Below are positions 53,701-64,000 of a stretch of DNA of 64,000 nucleotides, in pieces. Numbering within the stretch: the first letter of the stretch is position 1; each line of letters opens with the position of its first letter. Location: assembly GCF_964194025.1 (NCBI RefSeq), contig NC_134479.1, forward strand, positions 27,156,001-27,220,000, written 5' to 3'. Origin of the DNA: Convolutriloba macropyga (taxonomy: Eukaryota). Below the pieces are notes generated by a model. The model did not search any database. It was given only the letters and a program-made list of their open reading frames with translations, and was not told the DNA's origin. Position numbers and translations under genes: made by a program.

Positions 53701-55799
53701 GAGCAACCGAAAAAATTTATCTTTTCACCCTTCTACGTTTAACAAGACTGTCATAGTTTTCGACTAATTTTTGTGGTGACTAACAACCTCTGAGCTGCAA
53801 ACTGCAAAAATTCATTAACTGTTACATTTTAGCGTACTGATTGTTTATTTTGTCGCAATGAGTGGTAGAAATGATGTGTATTTCGAGGTTTTTGATTTCT
53901 TCACGCCAGCAGCTTTACCAATAGAGATTTTGGTACTGTTCATCACGGGCGCACGTCCTTGAAAGACAAGTATTACCTCGTCAACAACAACAGTTGCTTT
54001 AGGAGCAGCACGTTCTGTCTGTTGAAGTTCAGACGGCATCTACCGTTATCTGGCTTCTGTTGATAGTTCCTCATAAAGTCCTCAACTTTTTTTGTCGTTT
54101 GTTTCTTCGCCAACAAACGACAAGGCAATTTTAGCTCTTTGATCATCAGATCGAAGCTATAACCTTCTATCAAACTTAGCATTACAAATGGTTTGTCTTG
54201 GGTGGCCATTACAGCTGCTTATAATTTTCAAAATTAGCTCTATTTTTAGTGGTAGAACCACGCCGTGTTATTTGCCAAGAAACTCGCTCAGTTACTGTCT
54301 TCTCTTTCGGCCTCAGAATCATATAGGTGAGTGCCTTTTTGGAATCAGTTCTAATAATTGGTTTTATTTTCGACGATCTAAAGAATTTCATTTATTTTTC
54401 TACGTTCAATTGCATTTGCAAGGGAGCAGAAAACTTTTCGATTAATTTACCAAGTTCGATTGATATTTCCAGGCAACAAGAAAACCAAAACTTTCGAATT
54501 GTTTGAATTCAATGAAAATTTTTCAGTGTAATTTTGCAAGAATTGAAGCATAAATATAACAGTATTACGAATCTAAATAAGGTAGCTATTAGATGAAACA
54601 GTAATGTCCACTGCCGTTAAAATCAACCCAAAAGCAAGAACACAAATCATACTATAACAAATGAAAAATATCAGAAGTCATCTCATTAAAAGGAAGGTTG
54701 TAAAACAGACTTAAGGGCTTTAGTCCAAACATTCGGGATCAGCAGCACTCTTTTCTTCTTGCGTTTCGCTTAAACTTTGATGAACAGCATTTTCATTACG
54801 GCGATTTTTGGCTCTTTGTTGTTTTTCTTGGTATTTGCCTATTCTTTCAATTGTGCACACCAAAAAGGGTCAGCTTTCCTCTTTCTCTACCACACCGCAT
54901 CAATACCTGATCTATTGGCAGGCGAACAGGCGTCGTTGTAGGCCTCGGGCCACAGACTAGTTGGGAAGTTCTTCTTGACAAGCTCTTGGACACCGAGAAA
55001 ACTTTCAGTCCTTCATTTGAGGAAGACCGACAGAACCAACAAATTCTAGTTTTTCATATAATTCCAAAAACGCTAAAAATTCCGTAGCCACTCTTAGCTG
55101 TGATGAGTGCTAAGGGTTTAGAGGAAAGCAACCTGCAAGTTAATTGAGGGAAATACTACTGAAATTTAGAAATCTACGTTACTTGAAAAATAGTACTACC
55201 TTAAAAAAATTAGTTCTTTTCGAAGATTCCGGTTTGCTCGTCTCGCTTCCTTTCGTTGGAGAAATAATTTCTCGCTGTTGACCCCTTTATCTTCAAAGTG
55301 CGTTTCTGAGGTCTCTGCGAAGCTTCGTGGGATGAGGGTACATGAAGATTATCTCTATCAACGTCTTGACAGAAACTTGAGAGATAGAGTAGAGTTAGCA
55401 CTTCAGTGGTCGGTCTCCTCTATCTTGTCCATAGAGTCACAAAATTTGAATTCTTTCTGAAAATCAAATAACTCTACTAAGTGTCGAGAAAATTGTTTTT
55501 AATCCAGAAAACAACGCAAATCGTTAAAACTCCAAATCTCTCGAGCCAAATATTGGAATTGCAAAATTGAGGAAAAAATGTCTCCGAATCCATTGAAAAA
55601 TCAAATACTCAAAATCTCAGTGAAATTTTCCAGCTGGCTTTCCAGTTTATTTATAGCAACCCTGAACTGTTTTCTTTCAGACTCGGAGAAGTTTACTTAA
55701 TTTACGTTTGTCTTCCTTAAGGACTTGCCTAGAATTTTGCTTGGAGCTTCGATTCTAAGAACAGCCGCACGCCTTTTGGCGCCAGAATAAGATCTACAC

Positions 55800-58390
55800 G
55801 TTCAATTTCACGAAATTCACTTATTTCTATGCGCTGACTTCAATAGAAGTGCCCTTTTGCTATCAAAATACATATTAAAGGATTGCAGGGCCAACGAAAA
55901 CTGACCATTTACGACTTTCATGAAGTTAAAAATTTTATCGGAGCTGATTGATATGGCTTTGTAGCAAAATCAATGCCTATATGTCTCAAAGGATAATTTG
56001 TTTTTCAAACTGTTTTTTAAGAAAAAACTGTTTTTTAAGCAACACGTAAGCAGAGCTTTATGAGTTATATAAGAGCTCAATAGGGCCAATGTTTGTATAC
56101 CTATCTTTCATCAAACTGTTTCCAACAATTTTTAGTCTTGCACTAGATAATTTAGGAGGCTTTAACGTACCTAAACAACCAAAACATGGCAAATTTACTC
56201 CTCCCAAAAAACTTTTCATATCGTTTTACCAAAGAAAGTTTTGATAGTAAGTTTTGAAAAACATATTCAAAAATGACTACTATTCAACAAATCATCCGGT
56301 TTTTTAATATGAAATGTTAACATTCAACATTAAAATGCGTGCTAACCTCAGAAAGACTGCCATTTTGCTACAGAAAGACTTTTAGAACTATGGGAATTCT
56401 AAAAAAACTGATCATGTTATGTTATCGCTAATAAAAGTATACGACCAACTTCTCTGCGTCAGTTAGACGTCTGGTGCAGCTCATTTTATTACTGTTACTC
56501 AGTTTATGTGTTAAATGAACTTTTTCTTACGCGAATGGAGTCGGTGAATCGTTTTAATTAATGAGAGAATTGTCGAAGAACGAACAATAAGTAGGAAATC
56601 TCTGGTGGCATGCTTCGAAACCTGCTATAAACAATTGTAGTTGACCGGAGTCAGAGAAATGCTTTAGTCTGAGACGAAAGCTCACAAAATCTACTTAAGT
56701 GACACGCTGGAAGTTTTTGGAGACTTTATTATCACTTTTTTGCTTAACATCCTGGTCAAACTGGATGTAGACCATCTTATGATAAAAACTCTTATTAAAA
56801 CTTTTCTTGAAGAACAGATTTTCAATGGCGTTGTCAGCGTAAAAAAAATGAAACTCTCTATTTAGGGCCGGGAAAAGACTGAAATGAAACAAAAAGTTTT
56901 CACCATTTTTTTATTTATGTCTATGCGTTGACATCAATAGCAGTGCCTTTCTGCTATAAAAAGACGTTTTAAAGGGTTGCGAAGCTAGCAAAACTGACCT
57001 TTAACGACTTTCACAATGAAAAGCTAAAAATCGGGGGATGATGTTACATGAAGATTATCTCTGTCAAAGTCTTGATAGAAACTTGAGAGATAGAGTAGAG
57101 TTAGCACTTCAGTGGTCGGTCTCCTCTATCTCGTCCATAGAGTCACAAAATTTGAATTCTTTCTAAAAATCAAATAACTCTACTAAGTGTCGAGAAAATT
57201 GTTTTTAATCCTGACAACGCCTTTTCAATGGCGTTGTCAGGTTAAAAAAAATATGAAACATTCTATTTAGGCCCGAGAAAAGACTGAAATGTAAAAAATA
57301 GTTTTGACCATTTCTTTATTTATGTCTATGCGTTGACATCAATAGGAGTGCTTTTCTGCTATAAAAAGACATTTTAAAGGGTTGCGAGGCTAGCAAAACT
57401 GACCTTCAACGACTTTCACAATAGAAAGCTAAAAATTCTGCTTATGGAGCTAAATCAAATACTGTATGTCTCAGAGGATAATATGTTTTTCAAAAACTGT
57501 TTTTCCAAGAGCAACATAAGCAGAGCTTTATGAGTTATAGGAACTCTATAGGGTCATTGTTTCTTCACCTGAATTTCATCAAACTGTTTTCTTTCATCAG
57601 TTTTTAGTCTGGCACCAAACACTCTAGGAGGTCTTTACGTAGCTAAACGACCAAAACTTGGCACATTTAATCGTCTCAAATTTTTACATATCCTTTTCCA
57701 AAAAAAACATGATTCGATAGGGGGTTTTAAAAAAGTATTCGGAAAAGTCTACTATTCATCAAGTCGTCATTGATTTTTACGATAAAAAATGTTAACTTTA
57801 AGCTGCGTGCTAGTCTCATAAGGAATGCCATTCTGCTATAGAATGGCTTTTAAAACTGTTGAAAGGCTAACAAACCTGATCACTTGCACCTTTTGCCATT
57901 ATAATTTGTTTCAGTAAGAAACGTTTTGTTATCGCTAAAAACTTTCTTTTATCACATTCTCAACGTTAGTTAGTCGTCTAGTACAGGTCAATTTAATACT
58001 GATGATTAGTCAAAAGAACTCTTTTTTGACTTTATTTGACTGGAACCGGTGAATAGTTTTATTTCTTGAGAGAAATGTCAAAACATTCGAAATAACTGGT
58101 GGCAAGTTTTTGTAACTTGGCAATAATATTTACATATCCTACCATGAGTTTTTAGTGAGTCTTCCAAAAAAGCTTTCAGAAAACCGCTATTGATTTTTTT
58201 GTTTTTGACAATGCGTAACATCAATTTTTCTATATCAATCGATTGTTTGAATACACTCATTTTACTGGCCACAGTTTTTATCCAGCGTTTTTCAACCTTT
58301 ACAATAACTGACCGGAAACAGCGACCGGAATCAGTGAAACGATTTATAGCGAGATGAAAAAAGTATACCATCAAATTAAATATCAAATTG
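55800..58390. repeat. Degenerate precursor copies of the 657-bp satellite with extra sequence
   Basis: caatag.agtgcc.ttt..ctat.aaa and ggcgttgtcagcg motifs at about 55840, 56830-56960, 57230-57370; an extra block is shared by 56340-56600 and 57810-58100. Confidence 0.75.
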
Positions 58391-61300
58391 GAAGTTTTTG
58401 GAGGGCTAATTATGACTTTTTCGTTGTCCATTAACCTTTTCACACTTTTGTAAACAGCATTATTTTAATTTTTTCTTAATCAAATTTCTGGAGACCAGTT
58501 TTTCAAAGGCGTTGTCAGCGGTCCAATAAATAGGAAACTTTCTATTTAAGAGTGAAAGATTGATTACAAGAAAAACTTTTTCGACCTTAGCTTTTGACTT
58601 ATGCCTATCGGCTAACCTCAATAGGAGTGCCTTTCTTCTATCAAAAATATTAAGGGATTGCAAGGCTATTAAAACTGATCATTTAAGACTTTAAAAATGA
58701 GAAGCTGAAATCTTTGATTTTGGAGCAAAATCAAAGTCTACATCTGTTAAAGTATAATGAGTTTTCAAAAACCAATTTTTTAAGCACAACGTAGGCGTAG
58801 CTCAATAATATATATATATAAGAGCTCTACAGAGCAATTGTCGCTACAACTATCATTCATCAAACTAATTTTAACCATTTTTAGTCTTGCATTAGACGCT
58901 CTAGGATAACCTCAAGTATCCAAACCACAAATAGATGGCAAATTTTTAATCCTTCCAGTATCAATATCAAGTTTTGTATATATCAATTCCCCGAAAAAAT
59001 ATTTATTTCGAAAGTGCGTCTTCAGAAAAAAGTATTTTGAAATGGCTACTATTCAACAAGTGGAAGTTTTTGGCGGCCTAATTGTGACTTCTTAGTTGTT
59101 CAACATCCTTGTGACACTTTATGTAGACCGCATTATATTAATTTTTCTTTTGAATCAAGGCTATGGAGACCAGCTTTTTAAAGGCGTTGTCAGCGGTCCA
59201 AACAAAATGAAATTTTCTATTTGAGAGTGGAAAATTGACTGAATGAAAAACGTTTTCGACCATAGTAATTGACTTATGCCCATCGGCTAACCGCAATAGC
59301 AGTGCCTTTCTTCTATCAAAAGACATATTGGGGGTTGCAAGGCTATTAAAACTGACCATTTACGACTTTCAAATTGAGAAGCTGAAATCTTTGATTTTGG
59401 AGCAAAGTCAAAACCTACATCTTTTAAAGGATAGTATGTTTTTAAAAGACAATTTTCTAAGCACAACGTAAGCGTAGCTCAATAATAATTATAAGAGCAT
59501 TTTTAGTCTTGCATTAGACGCTCTATGATACCTTCAACTATCTAAACCACAAAGAGATGGCAAATATAAAATCCTTCCAAAGCTTTGTATATATCGTTTC
59601 CCCGAAAAAAATTTTTTTCGAAAGTGCGTCATCCGAAAAAAGTATTTTGAAATAGCTACTATTCAAAAAGTGGAAGTTTTTGGAGGCCTAATTATGAATT
59701 TTTGATTGTTCGACATCCTTATCACACGTTATGTAGACCGCATTATTTTAATTTTTCTTTTGAATCAAGTTTCTTGAGACCAGTTTCTCAAAGGCGTTGT
59801 CAGCGGTCCAATCAAAATGAAACTTTCTATTTGAGAGTGGAAGATTGATTGAAAGAAAAACTTTTTCGACCATAGTATTTGACTTATGCCTATCGGCTAA
59901 CCTCATTAGGAGTTCCTTTAATTTATCAGAAGACATATTAGGGGTTGCAAGGATATTAAACTGACCATATACGACTTTCAAAATGAGAAGCTGAAATCTT
60001 TGATTTTGGAGCAAAATCAAAGTCTACATCTGTTAAAGGATAATAAGTTTGCAAAAACCAATTTTCTAAGCACAACGTAAGCGTAGCTCAATAATATATA
60101 TCAGATCTCTACAGAGCAATTGTTTAAATAATTACCTTTCAACAAACTAATTTTAACCATTTTAAGTCGTGCAATAGACGCTCTAAGATACCTTCAAGTA
60201 TCTAAACCACAAAGAGATGGCAAATTTTCAATCCTTCCAAAGTTTTCTATATATCGTTTCCCCAAAAAAAAATTATTTCGAAAAAGCGTCTTCCGAAAAA
60301 AGTATTTTGAAATAGCTACTATTCAAAAAGCGGAAGTTTTTGGAGGCCTAATTATGACTTTTTGATTGTTCGACATCCTTATCACACGTTATGTAGACCG
60401 CATTATTTTAATTTTTCTTTTGAATTAAGTTTCTTGAGACCAGTTTCTCAAAGGCGTTGTCAGCGTTCCAATCAAAATGAAACTTTCTATTTGAGAGTGG
60501 AAGATTGATTGAAACAAAAACTTTTTCGACCATAGTAATTGACTTATGCCTATCGGCTAACATCATTAGGAGTGCCTTTCATTTATCGAAAGACATATTA
60601 GGGGTTGCAAGGATATTAAACTGACCATATACGACTTTCAAAATGAGAAGCTGAAATCTTTGATTTTGGAGCAAAATCAAAGTCTAAGTCTGTTAAAGCA
60701 TAATAAGTTTGCAAAAACCAATTTTCTAAGCACAACGTAAGCGTAGCTCAATAATATATATCAGATCTCTACAGAGCAATTGTTTCTATATTTGCCTTTC
60801 ATCAAACTAATTTTAACCATTTTAAGTCTTGCAATAGACGCTCTAAGATACCTTCAAGTATCTAAACTACAAAGAGATGGCAAATTTTTAATCCTTCCAA
60901 AGTTTTCTATATAACGTTTCCCCAAAAAAAATTATTTCGAAAGTGCGTCTTCCGAAAAAAGTTTTTTGAAACAGCTACTATTCAAAAAAGTTTTTGGAGG
61001 CCTAATTATTACTTTTTGATTGTTCAACATCCTTATCACACGTTATGTAGACCGCATTATTTTAATTTTTCTTTTGAATCAAGTTTCTTGAGACCAGTTT
61101 CTCAAAGGCGTTGTCAGCGGTCCAATCAAAATGAAACTTTCTATTTGAGAGTGGAAGATTGATTGAAAGAAAAACGTTTTCGACCATAGTAATTAACTTA
61201 TGCCTATCGGCTAACCTCATTAGGAGTTCCTTTAATTTATCAGAAGACATATTAGGGGTTGCAAGGATATTAAACTGACCATATACGACTTTCAAAATGA

Positions 61301-64000
61301 GAAGCTGAAATCTTTGATTTTGGAGCAAAATCAAAGTCTACATCTGTTAAAGGATAATAAGTTTGCAAAAACCAATTTTCTAAGCACAACGTAAGCGTAG
61401 CTCAATAATATATATCAGATCTCTACAGAGCAATTGTTTAAATAATTACCTTTCAACAAACTAATTTTAACCATTTTAAGTCGTGCAATAGACGCTCTAA
61501 GATACCTTCAAGTATCTAAACCACAAAGAGATGGCAAATTTTCAATCCTTCCAAAGTTTTCTATATATCGTTTCCCCAAAAAAAATTATTTCGAAAAAGC
61601 GTCTTCCGAAAAAAGTATTTTGAAATAGCTACTATTCGACAAGTGGAAGTTTTTGGGGGCCTAACTATGAATTTTTGGTTGTTCAACATCCTTGTCACAC
61701 TTTATGTAGACTGTATTATATTAATTTTTCTTTTGAATTAAGTTTCTTGAGACCAGTTTCTCAAAGGCGTTGTCAGCGTTCCAATCAAAATGAAACTTTC
61801 TATTTGAGAGTGGAAGATTGATTGAAACAAAAACTTTTTCGACCATAGTAATTGACTTATGCCTATCGGCTAACATCATTAGGAGTGCCTTTCATTTATC
61901 GAAAGGCATATTAGGGGTTGCAAGGATATTAAACTGACCATATACGACTTTCAAAATGAGAAGCTGAAATCTTTGATTTTGGAGCAAAATCAAAGTCTAA
62001 GTCTGTTAAAGCATAATAAGTTTGCAAAAACCAATTTTCTAAGCACAACGTAAGCGTAGCTCAATAATATATATCAGATCTCTACAGAGCAATTGTTTCT
62101 ATATTTGCCTTTCATCAAACTAATTTTAACCATTTTAAGTCTTGCAATAGACGCTCTAAGATACCTTCAAGTATCTAAACTACAAAGAGATGGCAAATTT
62201 TTAATCCTTCCAAAGTTTTCTATATAACGTTTCCCCAAAAAAAATTATTTCGAAAGTGCGTCTTCCGAAAAAAGTTTTTTGAAACAGCTACTATTCAAAA
62301 AAGTTTTTGGAGGCCTAATTATTACTTTTTGATTGTTCAACATCCTTATCACACGTTATGTAGACCGCCTTTTGAACCAAGTTTCTGGAGACCAGTTTCT
62401 CAAAGGCGTTGTCAGCGGTCCAATCAAAATGAAACTTTCTATTTGAGAGTGGAAGATTGATTGAAAGAAAAACTTTTTCGACCATAGTAATTGACTTACG
62501 CCTATCGGCTAACCTCATTAGGGGTGCCTTTCATTTATCAAAAGACATATTAGGGGTTGCAAGGATATTAAACTGACCATATACGACTTTCAAAATGAGA
62601 AGCTGAAATCTTTGATTTTGGAGCAAAATCAAAGTCTACATCTGTTAAAGGATAATAAGTTTGCAAAAACCAATTTTCTAAGCACAACGTAAGCGTAGCT
62701 CAATCATATATATCAGATCTCTACAGAGCAATTGTTTCTATAACTGCCTTTCATCAAACTAATTTTAACCATTTTAGGTTTTGCAATAGACGCTCTAAGA
62801 TACCTTCAAGTATCTAAACCACAAAGAGATGGCAAATTTTTAATCCTTCCAAACTTTTCTATATATCGTTTCCCCAAAAAAAATTATTTCGAAAGTGCGT
62901 CTTCCGAAAAAAGTATTTTGAAATAGCTACTATTCAAAAAGCGGAAGTTTTTGGAGGCCTAATTATGACTTTTTGATTGTTCGACATCCTTATCAGACGT
63001 TATGTAGACCGCATTATTTTAATTTTTCTTTTGAATCAAGTTTCTTGAGACCAGTTTCTCAAAGGCGTTGTCAGCGGTCCAATCAAAATGAAACTTTTTA
63101 TTTAAGAGTGGAAGATTGATTGAAAGAAAATCTTTTTCGACCATAGTAATTGACTTATGCCTATCGGCTAACCTCATTAGGAGTGCCTTTCATTTATCAA
63201 AAGACATATTAGGGGTTGCAAGGCTATTAAACTGACCATATACGACTTTCAAAATGAAAAGCTGAAATCTTTGATTTTGGAGCAAAATCAAAGTCTACAT
63301 CTGTTAAAGGATAATAACTTTGCAAAAACCAATTTTCTAAGCACAACGTAAACGTAGCTCAATAATATATATCAGATCTCTACAGAGCAATTGTTTCTAT
63401 AACTACCTTTCATCAGAGTACTTTTAACCATTTTAGGTCTTGCAATAGACGCTCTACGATACCTTCAAGTATCTAAACTACAAAGAGATGGCAAATTTTT
63501 AATCCTTCCAAACTTTTCTATATATCGTTTCCCCAAAAAAAATTATTTCGAAAGTGCGTCTTCCGAAAAAAGTATTTTGAAATAGCTACTACTCAAGAAG
63601 TGAAAGTTTTTGGAGGCCTAATTATGACTTTTTGATTGTTCGACATCCTTATCAGACGTTATGTAGACCGCATTATTTTAATTTTTCTTTTGAATCAAGT
63701 TTCTTGAGACCAGTTTCTCAAAGGCGTTGTCAGCGGTCCAATCAAAATGAAACTTTTTATTTAAGAGTGGAAGATTGATTGAAAGAAAATCTTTTTCGAC
63801 CATAGTAATTGACTTATGCCTATCGGCTAACCTCATTAGGAGTGCCTTTCATTTATCAAAAGACATATTAGGGGTTGCAAGGCTATTAAACTGACCATAT
63901 ACGACTTTCAAAATGAAAAGCTGAAATCTTTGATTTTGGAGCAAAATCAAAGTCTACATCTGTTAAAGGATAATAAGTTTTCAAAAACCAATTTTCTAAG
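58390..64000. repeat. Tandem array of about 657-bp units, at least 8.5 copies, continuing past the window
   Basis: Anchor agtttttggaggcctaatt at about 58393, 59065, 59675, 60335, 60990, 61648, 62302, 62946, 63605. Confidence 0.96.

Noticed and set aside
58460-62518. Repeated MRLADRHKS ORFs
   Set aside because: By-products of the 657-bp satellite; starts and stops are not conserved.

Overview
AT-rich, repeat-dominated eukaryotic (animal-like) genomic DNA; no prokaryotic operons, CRISPR arrays or rRNA genes. One apparently intact host gene: a 4-exon minus-strand MFS transporter of the SVOP/SV2/SLC22-like type (43264->33961, about 493 aa by my splice model). The rest is mobile and repetitive DNA: a decayed Ty3/gypsy-like LTR/gag fragment (1-1325), a near-full-length but dead CR1/L2-type LINE (about 16700-21213), a 730-bp foldback palindrome, two large tandem arrays (about 877-bp and about 657-bp units, both with higher-order structure), a 32-bp minisatellite, and at least ten non-autonomous DNA transposons with CCC...GGG (one CCG...CGG) termini, 2-bp target-site duplications and subterminal repeats (CACTA/CMC-like MITEs). 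The most notable observations are (i) two different MITE families that each carry an internal tRNA-like Pol III cassette (A box, B box, oligo-T), (ii) a triple-nested MITE stack about 130 bp upstream of the transporter ATG, with an empty-site paralog nearby, and (iii) tandem repeats that appear to derive from MITE parts. All coordinates were read by eye; family assignments were not checked against databases.
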